Shown: piece after piece, positions 27,031-37,265 of the stretch | How the letters are laid out: every line of letters begins with the position of its first letter | Numbering within the stretch: position 1 is the first letter of the stretch | Assembly (NCBI GenBank): GCA_021787565.1 | Contig: JAJYLT010000001.1 | Span: 99,298-163,297 of the forward strand | Direction: 5' to 3' | DNA from: Acidobacteriota bacterium | GTDB taxonomy: Bacteria > Acidobacteriota > UBA4820 > DSQY01 | DNA: 64,000 bases | Made by a program: the position numbers and the translations under genes | The notes under the pieces: model-generated | Told to the model about the DNA's origin: nothing | Seen by the model: only the letters and a program-made list of their open reading frames with translations | The model's database searches: none

Positions 27031-28269
27031 CTACAGCTTGAACTTCTCCACCAGGGACCGGAGGCGGTTCGCCTCCTCCAGCAGGGCCTTGGCCTGCTGG
27101 TCGATCTCTTCCATGCTGGCGGTGGTCTCCTGAGTGGCGGCCGAGGCCTCCTCCGTGCCCGCGGCGTTGTCCGTCGCCACGGAGCGGATCTCCTCCATGG
27201 ATTTGCTCAGGGCCGCGGCGCCCTGGGCCTGAACGGCCGCCTCGCGGGCGATGGCGCGGATCGATTCGCGCGTCTGTTCGGCGCCCGCGCTGATCCCCTC
27301 CAGGGCCCGAGCGGCCGTTTCGGTGACCTTCTGCCCCAGGCGGGCCGCGGCGCGCGTCTCCTCCATGCGCCCCGCCACCTCCTGGGTGCGTCCGGTGATC
27401 TCCTGCGCGAGTTTGGCGATCTGGGCGGCGAGCTCGCGCGTGTTTTCGGCCAGCCGGCGGACCTCCTCCGCCACCACCGCGAAGCCCCGTCCGGCGTCGC
27501 CCGCCCGCGCGGCCTCGATGGTGGCGTTGAGGGCGAGGATGTGGGTCTGGTGGCTGAGCGTGGTGATGGTCTCCACGAGGTTGTGAATCTCCCCCGCCTG
27601 TTCCCTGAAGGTGCTCACCAGGCCGGCGGAGCGCTCCACGTGGCCCAGAATGCCGTCCATCGCCTGCGCGGCCTCGCTGGAGGCGGCGTTGCCCTCCCGG
27701 GCCTTCTCGGCCGAAACCACGGCCTGTTCCTCCGTGGACCTGCTCCTCTCGGCGATGGCCGAGGCGGAGGCCGCCACGTTGTCGGTCACGCCGGCGGCCT
27801 CCTCCAGGCTGGCGGCCTGGGTCTCGGCTCCCTTGGCGATGTTCTGGATGTTGGTGGCCACCTCCGCGGTGGAGCCCGTGACCTGGGCGGTGGAGACGGT
27901 GAGGTTTTGGGCCGCGTCGTACATCATGCCCGAGCTGGTCTGGACCTGCCTGACGAGCTCGCGGAGGCTGGTGACCATGGTGTCCAGGGACTTGGCCAGG
28001 GAGCCCACCTCGTCCTGGGAGTCGACGGGAATCTCGGCCGAGAGGTCGCCCGCCGCGAGGCGGTTGCTGATCTGTACCAGCCGCGTGAGCCTGCGGGTGA
28101 GCAGCCCCGCCCAGACGAAGGCCGCGAATCCCGCCACCAGCAATCCGAAGAAGATTTTCAGCCACGCGTTCTGGACGGCACCGGTGGGATTCACGTGGTC
28201 CAGAACGAGGCCGAAGAGGATAGGGACGAAGACCACCAGGATAAAGGCCAGCCCGATCTTCACCTTCAT
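27031..28269 (-). CDS. Methyl-accepting chemotaxis protein (two TM helices with a minimal periplasmic loop, HAMP, MCP signalling domain)
   Basis: Start [20 protein letters not shown], a second [23 protein letters not shown] and a HAMP region ([11 protein letters not shown]). It carries the conserved MCP signalling-domain motif [38 protein letters not shown]. The start overlaps the cheR stop (ATGA). Confidence 0.85.
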   Translation of the reverse strand: MKVKIGLAFILVVFVPILFGLVLDHVNPTGAVQNAWLKIFFGLLVAGFAAFVWAGLLTRRLTRLVQISNRLAAGDLSAEIPVDSQDEVGSLAKSLDTMVTSLRELVRQVQTSSGMMYDAAQNLTVSTAQVTGSTAEVATNIQNIAKGAETQAASLEEAAGVTDNVAASASAIAERSRSTEEQAVVSAEKAREGNAASSEAAQAMDGILGHVERSAGLVSTFREQAGEIHNLVETITTLSHQTHILALNATIEAARAGDAGRGFAVVAEEVRRLAENTRELAAQIAKLAQEITGRTQEVAGRMEETRAAARLGQKVTETAARALEGISAGAEQTRESIRAIAREAAVQAQGAAALSKSMEEIRSVATDNAAGTEEASAATQETTASMEEIDQQAKALLEEANRLRSLVEKFKL

Positions 28270-29066
28270 GCGCCACCCCACGCTTTGGCGTATACCTTAC
28301 ATCCCGCGTCAACGGCTGCCAAGCCCTCCACGCGCTTCCGGCCGATGGATTCGGCCCTGCCGAGCACCAGCAGCCCGCCCGGAACGAGCGCCTGAACGGC
28401 CCGCCCAAGTAGCCTCTCCTGGGCCTCCTCCGTCAGGTAAATGAACAAGTTACGCAACAAGAACACGTGAAGGCCCCTTCCCGGAAAGCCCCGAGTCAGG
28501 TCACAACACAGGGGCAAGATCCTGTCCGCCACCGCGGGAACGACCCTGGCTTCCGCCACCTCTTCCCTAAAATACCGCTCTCTCAGCCGATTGTCCAACT
28601 TGGCCAGGGATTTGACGGCGAATCGGCCTCGGCGCAGCCCGTGCAGCGCCCGCCGCGAACGGTCCCCCGCCAGGATCCGCCCGTCCAGGCCCATCTCGCT
28701 CAAGAGGATGGCCAGGCTGACGGCCTCCTCACCCGTGGAGCAGGGGGCGCTCATCGCCCGGATGGACGCCCAGCCCGGCAGCCCGGCCCTCTCACGCAGG
28801 GCCGAGCGGAGCACGGCGAAGACCTCTGGGTTGCGGAAGAGCTCGGTGGTCGGAACCAGGAGCTTCTGAGCCAGGGTACGCGCCTCCCCGCGGTGGTCCT
28901 CCAGGTAGGCCAGGTAGCTCGCCGCGTCGGGACACCCCGTGGCCCGCAGCCGAGGGGTCAAGCGGCGCTCCAGGAAGGTGCTTCGGTAGTCCTCCCCCCG
29001 CACGCCCGTGGCCCGTCCGATCCAGCTCCGGAGAGCGGCCAGGTCGGAATCGGAGAGCAGGTTCAT
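28266..29066 (-). CDS. cheR: Chemotaxis protein methyltransferase CheR
   Basis: N-terminal CheR all-alpha region ([28 protein letters not shown]), an SAM-binding region ([21 protein letters not shown]) and [10 protein letters not shown]. Confidence 0.8.
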   Translation of the reverse strand: MNLLSDSDLAALRSWIGRATGVRGEDYRSTFLERRLTPRLRATGCPDAASYLAYLEDHRGEARTLAQKLLVPTTELFRNPEVFAVLRSALRERAGLPGWASIRAMSAPCSTGEEAVSLAILLSEMGLDGRILAGDRSRRALHGLRRGRFAVKSLAKLDNRLRERYFREEVAEARVVPAVADRILPLCCDLTRGFPGRGLHVFLLRNLFIYLTEEAQERLLGRAVQALVPGGLLVLGRAESIGRKRVEGLAAVDAGCKVYAKAWGGA

Positions 29067-29163
29067 GCGGAACCCCCAAGAGCAGGCGAGAATCGGGGAC
29101 TTGCGATTTCAAATAATCGCGTCTTCCGCCTCCCCCGTGCCGCTCCTTGTTCGGTGCCGGGCT

Positions 29164-29232
29164 GTAGGAGCGCTCTCCAGAGCGCGACGGGTGTGGAAAG
29201 ACGATGCATCGCCCTCTGGAGAGGCCTCCTAC
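29164..29232. repeat. Palindromic element with TGTAGGAGCG termini (related to the MITE and REP-B termini)
   Basis: tgtaggagcgctctccagagcgcgacgggtgtggaaagacgatgcatcgccctctggagaggcctcctacgg. Confidence 0.4.
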
Positions 29233-29268
29233 GGGCCTTCCTCGTCCCGGCCTCTCGCGTCTCACATC

Positions 29269-30690
29269 TCACGCCGCGCCCTCTTCGAAGCTTCTCGCGA
29301 CGGCACCCTCCAACCAGGCCGTGGTGCCTTCCTCGGGCCGGGCCTGGCAACCCGTGATCGTGACTAGTGTACGAGGCAGAGACCCGGGCGGTGGAGCGTA
29401 AGCGCGGAGGGCCTCCGCGAGGGTCAGCCGCTCGCTGGCCGGCTCTCTCGTGAGCAGGGCATGGAGATTGCGCAACGGATCGGGCTCCTCGATGGGGAAG
29501 TCGGTCCCCAGGAGCAGCGGGAGGCCTGCCCGCGCGAGGCTTCCCCAGGAATACGCCGCCGCCATGCGGGCGCCCAGGCGTTCGGCGGCCCAGGGGCGGT
29601 CCGACAGGTAGTGGCACGGCTGGATCGAGGCGATGACGCCTCCCTCCCGCATGCGGCGGATGGAGGTCTCCGGAAGCAGTTGGGCGTGCTCGATGCGCGA
29701 GCCCGGGGGCCAGCCCGCGCCCTGGAGCGCGTCCAGCGCGATCCGTGCGGCGCGGTCCCCGATGGCGTGGATGGCGGGCGGCAGGCCGAGGGCGGCGAGG
29801 CAGCGGACCGCGTGGTTCAACGCCTCGGGCTCCCAGATCAGCAAACCCCTTTCACCCGGCGCGTCGTCGTAGTCGGCCTCCAGGCACGCCCCCCGGCTAC
29901 CCAGGGCACCGTCGGCGTAGAGCTTTGCCCCGGCGACCCGGAAACCCGGTCCCCGATGTACGGGGAGATCGTCGAGGCCCGTGCGGGCCACGTCGAGATA
30001 GCCGTCCAGGGGGATGGGGAGATCGCCCTCCGCCTCCATCTGCCTCAGGGTTTCCACGTGCAAGCGCTCCAGTCCCATGTCCGTGGCACCGCACAGCCCC
30101 TTGGCCATCAGGGCCTGAAGCCCCGAACGCAGCCAGCGGCGCAGCTCCTGCCCGACGGGTGGGGGAACCCTTCGGGCAACGGGCTCCATGGCCGCGTCCA
30201 CGAGAAGGCCCGTAGGGATGCCGTTCTCCCTGAGGATGAGGCCGCCCGGAGGATCGGGCGTGGACTCGCCGACGTCGCCCGTCCGCAGGGCGGCCGAACT
30301 GACCCAGGCGGCGTGGCCGTCGATGCGCCTGAGAAACACGGGGCGGTTGGGGAAGGCGTCGTCCAGGAGTCTTCGGTGGGGAAACCCGCCTTCCCAAAGG
30401 TTCTGGTCCCAGCCGAAGCCCTCCAGCCAGGCCCCCGGCGCCAGGGCGGCGGAGGCGGCGCGGAGGCGATCCAGGGCCTCCTCGGGCGAGCGGGCGCCGC
30501 GCAGGTCCGCCTGGCAGAGGAGCGCGCCCAGGGCGGCCACGTGGCCGTGGTGGTCCCACAGGGGAGGAAGGAGGAGCAGGAAGGGGGCCCCGTCGAGGGC
30601 CGGATCGGCCCGTACCGCCTCGGTCAGGCGCCCCGGAAGACGGGCGGGAGCGAAGCCGCCCTCAGCCCGCCACCTCAAAATCTGCTGCAC
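29269..30690 (-). CDS. Amidohydrolase family metal-dependent hydrolase (amidohydrolase_3-like)
   Basis: Metal-binding motif WDHHGHV near the N-terminus, 473 aa, and overall amidohydrolase-3-like length and composition. The ATG at 30688-30690 is the upstream-most in-frame start; the true start may be internal. Confidence 0.5.
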   Translation of the reverse strand: MQQILRWRAEGGFAPARLPGRLTEAVRADPALDGAPFLLLLPPLWDHHGHVAALGALLCQADLRGARSPEEALDRLRAASAALAPGAWLEGFGWDQNLWEGGFPHRRLLDDAFPNRPVFLRRIDGHAAWVSSAALRTGDVGESTPDPPGGLILRENGIPTGLLVDAAMEPVARRVPPPVGQELRRWLRSGLQALMAKGLCGATDMGLERLHVETLRQMEAEGDLPIPLDGYLDVARTGLDDLPVHRGPGFRVAGAKLYADGALGSRGACLEADYDDAPGERGLLIWEPEALNHAVRCLAALGLPPAIHAIGDRAARIALDALQGAGWPPGSRIEHAQLLPETSIRRMREGGVIASIQPCHYLSDRPWAAERLGARMAAAYSWGSLARAGLPLLLGTDFPIEEPDPLRNLHALLTREPASERLTLAEALRAYAPPPGSLPRTLVTITGCQARPEEGTTAWLEGAVARSFEEGAA

Positions 30691-30741
30691 CGGGCCTCCT
30701 TGGTGCCTTGGTGTCTTGGCGGTGAATCTCTTCCTTTCGCC

Positions 30742-32046
30742 TTACAAGATCGCCAAAGCGTCGTCGAGGTCCCCCATGATGTCCTCCGCGGCTTCCAGTC
30801 CGATGCTGATCCGGATCCCTCCCGGCTCGATGCCGGCCTCCACCTGCGCCTCCAGCGGGAGAGGGGCGTGGGTCATGGAGGAGGGGTGCTCGATGAGCGT
30901 CCTGACCTGCCCCAGAGAGACGGCCAGCGTGAGGGTGAGCGCGTTCTGCGCCAGGTGGTTCATGAGCCTGCGCCCGCGCTCGCGGGCCTCCTCCGGGCTG
31001 CCCTTGAGCACGAAGTAGATCATGATGCCGGGGGCGAAGGCGCCGTCCTGGTCGAGCATCTGCTTGCGCGCCAGGACGTGCTGGGGATGGCTGGGAAGGC
31101 CGGGGTAGAGGGAGCGCTCGACGGCCGGATGGCCCTCCAGGAAGCGGGCCACCTTGAGGGCCGTCTCGTTCTGGCGCCGCGATCTCAGGGCCAGCGTCGG
31201 GAGCCCGTAGACGAGGGCCGGCCAGGCGGCCTTGGGGGCCAGGGGCGCCCCGAAATCCTTCCGGAAGAGGAGGACGTCGGGCTCCAGGAGCTGGGGCCCC
31301 ACCCACACGCCGCCCATGTCGGTGCCGAAGCCCCCCACGTTCTTGGTGATGGACTGCACCGCCACGTCCGCGCCGAGCGTGATGGGACGCTGGCTGAAGG
31401 GGGTGGCGAAGGTGTTGTCCACGACGATGAAGATGCGCCGCTTCTTGGGGTTCCGCGCCGCGTTGGCCCTGTTCACGGCGGCTCTGACGGCCCCGATGTC
31501 CACCAGTTCCAGCACGGGGTTGGTGGGGGTCTCGAAGTAGACCGCCACCACCTCGTCGGTCATCATGGCCTCCACCGCCTCCACGTCCTTCATGTCCACC
31601 ATCTTCACCGTGATGCCGAAGCGCGGGAGCCAGTTCTTCATGAGCGAGTAGGTGCACCCGTAGAGGGTGTGGTGGGCGAGGATGGTATCCCCGGACTTGG
31701 CCAGTACCCCCAGGCTCGCGGTAATGGCCGCCATGCCCGTGGAGAAGGCCACGGCGCACTCGCCCTCCTCGGCCGCCGCCAGGTTGTCCTCGAGCATGGA
31801 GCGGCTCGGCTCGTCGAGGCGGTCGTAGATGTAGATGGGTGGAAGGACGTGGCGGTTGAACTCGGGGTTGGCGAAGGCCTGGAAGCCCCGGGCTCCCCGC
31901 TCGACGCTCTCGAGCCGGTAGGCCGCGGAGGCCGAGATGGGCGGGACGATGTGGTCGCTGTAATCCCAGTGGGGCGAGTGAAAATCGCCGTGGATGAGGC
32001 GGGTCTCCTTGTGGTACCGCCGCTTTCTCTCCTTCTTGTCGGTCAT
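30742..32046 (-). CDS. PLP-dependent Cys/Met-metabolism enzyme (O-acetylhomoserine sulfhydrylase / cystathionine gamma-synthase family)
   Basis: Start MTDKKERK has a GGAGG RBS. N-terminal ETRLIHGD..., and the PLP-lysine region VQSITKNVGGFGTDMGG is typical of this family. Confidence 0.7.
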   Translation of the reverse strand: MTDKKERKRRYHKETRLIHGDFHSPHWDYSDHIVPPISASAAYRLESVERGARGFQAFANPEFNRHVLPPIYIYDRLDEPSRSMLEDNLAAAEEGECAVAFSTGMAAITASLGVLAKSGDTILAHHTLYGCTYSLMKNWLPRFGITVKMVDMKDVEAVEAMMTDEVVAVYFETPTNPVLELVDIGAVRAAVNRANAARNPKKRRIFIVVDNTFATPFSQRPITLGADVAVQSITKNVGGFGTDMGGVWVGPQLLEPDVLLFRKDFGAPLAPKAAWPALVYGLPTLALRSRRQNETALKVARFLEGHPAVERSLYPGLPSHPQHVLARKQMLDQDGAFAPGIMIYFVLKGSPEEARERGRRLMNHLAQNALTLTLAVSLGQVRTLIEHPSSMTHAPLPLEAQVEAGIEPGGIRISIGLEAAEDIMGDLDDALAIL

Positions 32047-32209
32047 GGGACCGCCCTCCTCGCGAGAATTGTACACCAGGCCGGGGTTGGGGGAGGTTGG
32101 GGAGGGAAAGCGAAAAGAGCGGATTCGCGGGAGGCGGTGAGACGGTGAGAACGTGGGATTTGGAATGTGGGATGTGGTCTAATGGAGTCGCCCCGGGGAG
32201 GGAGAGCGG

Positions 32210-34768
32210 ATGGATTTCGGTTTCATCGCGCGCGTGGCCAAGCCCACGCGTTACACGGGCGGCGAGGTCAACGAGGTGGTCAAGCAGGAGCGCCCCGGCC
32301 TCCTGCACGTGGCCTTCGCCTTCCCCGACGGCTATGAGATCGCCATGAGCACCATGGGCTTGCGGATCCTCTACGGCCTCCTCAACCAGCGGGAGGACGT
32401 GTGGATGGAGCGGGTCTTCATGCCCATGCCCGACATGATCGAGGAGATGGAGAAGCGCGGGCTGGCCCTCTTCTCGCTGGAGTCCAAGCGGCCCCTCTCC
32501 GACTTCGACGTGGTGGGCTTCACGCTCCAGTTCGAGCTGACCTACACCAACATCCTGCACATGCTGCGCATGGGCGGGATCGCCCGCCGGGCCGCCCAGC
32601 GGGGTCCCGGCGATCCGGTGGTTCTGGCGGGCGGGCCGTGCGCCTGCAACCCCGAGCCCCTGGCCCCCTTCATGGATGCCTTCCTGATCGGCGACGGCGA
32701 AGAGGCCGCGGGGGAGCTCTGCGAGGTCGTCCGCGCCTTCAAGGATGCACCCAGGCCCGTGCTCTGGAGGGAGCTCGCCAAGGTCCCCGGGACCTACGTG
32801 CCGGCCCTCTACCGGACGGAGGTGGACCGGGTCACCGGAATGGAGGTCGTGGTGGGCTCAGAGGCGCCCGAGGCCCCCTTCCCCGTCCCGCGGCGCATCC
32901 TCCCCGACATCGACCGCTACCCCTTTCCCACGCGGGTCATCGTGCCGCACCACCAGGTCGTGCACGACCGCTACGCCGTCGAGATCGCGAGGGGTTGCAG
33001 CGTGGGCTGCCGCTTTTGCCAGGCCGGCTTCACCTACCGCCCGGAGCGGGAGCGCTCGCCGGAGGCCATCCGCGAGGCGGCCGCGGACGGGCTCGCCGCC
33101 ACCGGCTACCAGGAGGTGACGCTCCTGAGCCTGAACACGGGCGACTACAAGGGGTTGGAGCCCCTCATCCGGGCCGTGGCGGCGGACGGCGCCTTCCAGC
33201 AGGTCGGCGTCTTCATGCCGAGCCTGCGCGTGAGCGCCCTGACGCAGGAGCTGGCGGAGGCCCTCGCCGCCGGCCGCAAGACGGGTTTCACCCTGGCGCC
33301 CGAGGCGGGCACGCAGCGCCTGCGCGACGTCGTCAACAAGCAGATCACCGACCTCGAACTGGAGGAGGCCGCCTCGGCCGTCTTCACCTACGGGTGGAAC
33401 GTGCTCAAGCTCTACTTCATGATCGGCCTCCCCACCGAGACCGAGGAGGACGTGGCCGCCATCGACGACCTGGCGCGGCGGGTGGTGCGCCGTGCCCGCC
33501 AGGCGGGCTGCGCCAACCCCCAGGTGACGGTCTCCACCTCCTCCTTCGTCCCCAAGCCCTTCACGCCGTTTCAGTTCTGCCCCATGGAGCCGGCCGCCTC
33601 CCTCGCCGCCAAGCAGGACCTCCTCAAGCGCTCCCTGCGGAGGCCGATCGGCTACCGGTGGCACGACGTGGAGGCGAGCCAGATCGAGGCCCTCCTCTCG
33701 CTGGGAGACCGGCGCGTGGCGGACGTGGTGGAGGCGGCGGCGGAGCTGGGCTGCCGGCTGGACGGCTGGAGCGAGCACTTCGACGCGCAGAAGTGGCAGA
33801 GGGCCATCGAGCAGGTCGGCCTGGACGTGGGGCCCTACCTGTTCCGGTCCAGGGACCGGAAGGAGCGGCTGCCCTGGGACGTTCTGGACATGGGCGTCCA
33901 CAAGGAGTTCCTCTGGCGCGAATGGGTCCGGGCGCAGGCGGGCCAGTTGACGGAGCCGTGCGGCCCCGAGGCCTGCCACGGATGCGCCTCCTTCGCAAAG
34001 GCCTGCGTGGAGGGCGCGTTCCTCCGGGGTGGCGAGGAGTCGGCGCAGCCGCCGCTTCCCGGCGGCCCCGACGCGGCGGCGGTTCCATGTGCCCAGTACA
34101 GGCTGCGCTACCGGAAAGAGGGCACGGCGCGGTTTCTGGGCCACCTGGACCTCATGCACACGCTCGTGCGGGCGCTGCGGCGGTCGGGGGTGCACCTGGC
34201 CTACTCCAAAGGACACCACCCCATGCCCAAGATCGAGTTCCCGGCCCCCCTGCCCCTCGGGGTGGAGGGGGCGGCCGAGTGGATGGAGTTCTCGGCCACC
34301 TCCTTCCTGGACCTCGAGGAGACCCTGGAGCGGCTCCGGCGGCTTCTGCCCGCCGGATTGACGGCGGAGCGGCTGTTCCGGGTGCCGTCCAACTCCCTGC
34401 CCCTCTCCTCCCTCACCGAACAGCGGTACGCCATCGACCTGAGCGGGTTGGCCGAGGAGGATTCCCGCACGATCCGGCGGAACGTGGAGGCCTTCCTCTC
34501 GGCCCCGTCCTGGACGGTCCGGCGGGCCGGCAAGGCGGAGAGGAAACCGCTGGACCTGAAGAGCCGGGTGAGCGGCATGAAGTGGGACGGCGACACCCTC
34601 CACCTCAGCATCAGCAACGGCGGCTTCATGGACCTGGTGCGCTCCCTCTGCCCCTCCGAGGCCCCGGAGCTCCCGCGGATGGTGCGCCTCTGCCTCGAAC
34701 ACGGGACCGATGAGGGGGCGGAAGCCGGTGAGGCGGGGGACCGCGCCGCCGTCGTGGAGGCGAGATAG
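32210..34768 (+). CDS. B12-binding/radical SAM protein fused to a DUF2344-like C-terminal domain
   Basis: Radical-SAM Cys triad in IARGCSVGCRFCQAGF (CX3CX2C), an N-terminal B12-binding-like domain and a long C-terminal extension, 852 aa. Confidence 0.7.
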   Translation: MDFGFIARVAKPTRYTGGEVNEVVKQERPGLLHVAFAFPDGYEIAMSTMGLRILYGLLNQREDVWMERVFMPMPDMIEEMEKRGLALFSLESKRPLSDFDVVGFTLQFELTYTNILHMLRMGGIARRAAQRGPGDPVVLAGGPCACNPEPLAPFMDAFLIGDGEEAAGELCEVVRAFKDAPRPVLWRELAKVPGTYVPALYRTEVDRVTGMEVVVGSEAPEAPFPVPRRILPDIDRYPFPTRVIVPHHQVVHDRYAVEIARGCSVGCRFCQAGFTYRPERERSPEAIREAAADGLAATGYQEVTLLSLNTGDYKGLEPLIRAVAADGAFQQVGVFMPSLRVSALTQELAEALAAGRKTGFTLAPEAGTQRLRDVVNKQITDLELEEAASAVFTYGWNVLKLYFMIGLPTETEEDVAAIDDLARRVVRRARQAGCANPQVTVSTSSFVPKPFTPFQFCPMEPAASLAAKQDLLKRSLRRPIGYRWHDVEASQIEALLSLGDRRVADVVEAAAELGCRLDGWSEHFDAQKWQRAIEQVGLDVGPYLFRSRDRKERLPWDVLDMGVHKEFLWREWVRAQAGQLTEPCGPEACHGCASFAKACVEGAFLRGGEESAQPPLPGGPDAAAVPCAQYRLRYRKEGTARFLGHLDLMHTLVRALRRSGVHLAYSKGHHPMPKIEFPAPLPLGVEGAAEWMEFSATSFLDLEETLERLRRLLPAGLTAERLFRVPSNSLPLSSLTEQRYAIDLSGLAEEDSRTIRRNVEAFLSAPSWTVRRAGKAERKPLDLKSRVSGMKWDGDTLHLSISNGGFMDLVRSLCPSEAPELPRMVRLCLEHGTDEGAEAGEAGDRAAVVEAR

Positions 34769-34848
34769 CCGGTTGGGGGCCGAGACCCGGCCGTGGTTCG
34801 AAGCCGACGGGTCGGTCTATCTCGGACAGGCATATCCCCTCTTCATTT

Positions 34849-34876
34849 GTGACAGACAGCCCAGAAGCGGTACAAT
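34849..34876 (+). promoter_or_regulatory. Putative sigma-70 promoter for rng (GTGACA-16-TACAAT)
   Basis: ttGTGACAgacagcccagaagcggTACAATgcgc, ~50 nt upstream of the rng ATG. Confidence 0.3.
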
Positions 34877-34926
34877 GCGCCTCTGCCGGAATATCAGCCC
34901 GGCAGGGACCGAGGGCCCATGCTCCC

Positions 34927-36384
34927 ATGAAGCAGGAGTTGCTGGTCACCAGGGACCGCTGGCAGACGCGCATCGCGGTGATCGAGGACGGACGCCTCAC
35001 GGAGTTCCAGCAAGAGCCGAGCCATCTGGACGGACTGGTGGGCAACCTCTACGTCGGAAAGGTGAGCCGGATTCTCCCCGGGATGGAGAGCGCCTTCGTC
35101 TCCATCGGCCTGGACCGGGACGGCTTCCTCTTCGAAGGCGACATGGGCCCCCTCAAGCTGTTCGACGAGGAGTTCTCCGACCCCTCCAAGTTCCGGAACC
35201 CGACGGTCAAGAATCTCCGCGAGGGCGAGCGGATCCTCGTTCAGGTCACGAAGGAGCCCATGGGACCCAAGGGGGCCAGGCTCTCCACTCAGATCTCGCT
35301 GCCCGGGCACTACATGGTCTACATGCCCTTCCTCGACCACGTGGGGGTCTCGCGGCGCATCTCGGGGGACGAGCGCCGGCGCCTCAAGGAGACCGTGCGC
35401 CGCTACAAGGGGGGATTCCCGGGCGGCTTCATCGTCCGAACGGCGGCCGAGGGGGCCGACGAGGCGGACCTGGGCGCCGAGATGCAGGCCCTGACCGACC
35501 TGTGGTCCCTCGTCTGGCTGAAGAGCGCGCACTGCGAGGCTCCCTTCCTCGTTCACCAGGAGGCCGATCTGGTGGGCCGCTCCGTCCGGGAGATCCTTCT
35601 CAAGGGAGATGGGACGGTCCTGACGGATGACCCCGACGTGGCCTCGCGCTGCCGGGAGCTGCTCTCCAGCCTCGGAGACAACCCGGGGCGGGTCCGGACG
35701 TGGGATGACCGCCGCGTCTCCCTCTTCGAGCACTACCACGTCCAGGAGGAGATCGAGAAGGCGCTCAGGCCCCGCGTCTGGCTGCCCTCCGGCGGCTGCA
35801 TCGTGCTTCAATCCACGGAGGCGCTGGTGGCCATTGACGTCAACTCCGGCCGCTTCACGGGGAAGCGCTCGCTCGAAGACACGGCCTTCGCCATCAACAT
35901 GGAGGCGGCGGAGGAGATCGTCCGGCAGATCCGCCTGCGGAGCCTGGGCGGGATCATCGTGATCGACTTCATCGACATGACCAAGAAGTCGCACCGGGAG
36001 GCGCTCGTGGCCAAGCTGAACGAGGTGCTCAAGCGCGACCGGGCCAAGTCGCGGATCTTGGCCATTTCCGAGTTCGGGCTGGTGGAGATGACGCGCAAGC
36101 GGAGCCACCGGAACCTGGAGCGGGTCATGACCTCCGTATGCCCCTGCTGCGAGGGCCGGGGCCGGGTGCAGGCCCCGTGGATCATCGCGCAGAGGATCCT
36201 CGAGGCCGTGGATGCGCTCCCCGCTCCCCGAAACGTGCTGGTCACCGCGGCCCAGGAGGTGATCCGGTACATCAAGGAGAACGACGAGTACCTGCGGCTT
36301 CCCGAAGGCGTCCGCCTGGAGGCCATGGCCCTGGTCAACCCCACCTCCTTCTCCCTCAAGCCCCTCCGCAAGGGCGAGCGCTGA
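34927..36384 (+). CDS. rng: Ribonuclease G (RNase E/G family)
   Basis: MKQELLVTRDRWQTRIAVIEDGRLTEFQQEP...LVGNLYVGKVSRILPGMESAFVSIGLDRDGFLF is the S1 domain; DNase I-like and Zn-link regions follow (CPCCEGRGRV). Confidence 0.85.
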   Translation: MKQELLVTRDRWQTRIAVIEDGRLTEFQQEPSHLDGLVGNLYVGKVSRILPGMESAFVSIGLDRDGFLFEGDMGPLKLFDEEFSDPSKFRNPTVKNLREGERILVQVTKEPMGPKGARLSTQISLPGHYMVYMPFLDHVGVSRRISGDERRRLKETVRRYKGGFPGGFIVRTAAEGADEADLGAEMQALTDLWSLVWLKSAHCEAPFLVHQEADLVGRSVREILLKGDGTVLTDDPDVASRCRELLSSLGDNPGRVRTWDDRRVSLFEHYHVQEEIEKALRPRVWLPSGGCIVLQSTEALVAIDVNSGRFTGKRSLEDTAFAINMEAAEEIVRQIRLRSLGGIIVIDFIDMTKKSHREALVAKLNEVLKRDRAKSRILAISEFGLVEMTRKRSHRNLERVMTSVCPCCEGRGRVQAPWIIAQRILEAVDALPAPRNVLVTAAQEVIRYIKENDEYLRLPEGVRLEAMALVNPTSFSLKPLRKGER

Positions 36385-36501
36385 TCCGTCCCGGCGGGCC
36401 GGCTCACTCCCGAATTGAATCTCAGGACCGCTCCGTTCCCCGCCGCGGCCTCGCGTGCGGGAGAGCCGCTTAGGACCCGCGCAGGAATAGGTTAACGGAA
36501 T

Positions 36502-36610
36502 TCGCGCCCAGATTCGTGTGAGATTGGCGCGATTGGAGGGAGCAAAACCGCAGGCGTAGTTGAAGACTACGTTGAGGATTTTGCGATCGAGAATCGTGTC
36601 AAGATCGCGC
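36502..36610. other. Low-GC convergent intergenic segment carrying two related dyad-symmetric repeats (36502-36530, 36581-36610) and a perfect hairpin (36554-36570); candidate regulatory site or small RNA
   Basis: cgcgcccagattcgtgtgagattggcgcg and tgcgatcgagaatcgtgtcaagatcgcgcg share the core GA(T/A)TCGTGT(G/C)A(A)GAT. Between them lies cgtagt-tgaag-actacg. Confidence 0.3.
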
Positions 36611-36635
36611 GAAGATGGGATGCGAAAACGTTAAG

Positions 36636-37265
36636 TTATTTCTGCGCTGGTCCTTGGTCCTGGATTCCGTCCTGCCGCCGGTTCTTCCAGAAAAGGTAGG
36701 CGGCGAAGATGACCAGCCACGCCAGCAGGGCGAGACCGAGCCAGAACTGGTAGAGGTGGTACAGCGAGGTGAGCCGCTCCACGCGCTGGCCGGCGGTGTA
36801 GGCGATGGCGGTCAGGAAGATCCCAAAGAGGAGGTTGCCCGCCGCCGAGGCCGCCGCCACCCTCCCCGCTCGCATGCGGAGCATCCCCGCGGCGGGGTAT
36901 AGGAGGACCCTCACGTAAGGCAGGAATCGGTTCAGGAGCAGGGGCCAGGCGCCCCAACGCCTCAGCATCCTCTCCACCCGGACCACCAGGGCCCGGAGGC
37001 GGGGCCGCTTCAGGAGCACGCTCCCGAAGGCCCTTCCCCAGGCGAAGGCGCCCAGGGAGCCGAGGGTTCCGCCGAGCGCGATGAGGATGATCCCGGCCAG
37101 CCACGAACCGTCCTTGGCTCCGATCCAGAAGAGGCCCGCGACCAGCGCCAGATCGCCCGGAACGATGGGCACCAAGTACTTCAGGCAGGCGAAGAGGAGG
37201 AGCGAGGCGTAAACCGGCCAAAGGCCCTGGCCGGGGCTCAGCGCCTGGGCGAAGGCCTGGCTCAT
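36636..37265 (-). CDS. DedA/VTT-domain membrane protein
   Basis: Start MSQAFAQALSPGQGLWPVYASLLLFACLKYLVPIVPGDLALVAGLF...FLPYVRVLLYPAAG matches the DedA family. The ORF-track 389-aa ORF is an out-of-frame upstream extension. Confidence 0.7.
   Translation of the reverse strand: MSQAFAQALSPGQGLWPVYASLLLFACLKYLVPIVPGDLALVAGLFWIGAKDGSWLAGIILIALGGTLGSLGAFAWGRAFGSVLLKRPRLRALVVRVERMLRRWGAWPLLLNRFLPYVRVLLYPAAGMLRMRAGRVAAASAAGNLLFGIFLTAIAYTAGQRVERLTSLYHLYQFWLGLALLAWLVIFAAYLFWKNRRQDGIQDQGPAQK

Noticed and set aside
26510-28408. 632-aa ORF on the minus strand spanning the cheW-mcp region
   Set aside because: Only its last ~150 codons (CheW) are in a sensible frame. The rest is a Gly/Arg/Pro-rich overprint typical of open frames in 68% GC DNA and overlaps the well-supported MCP gene in another frame.
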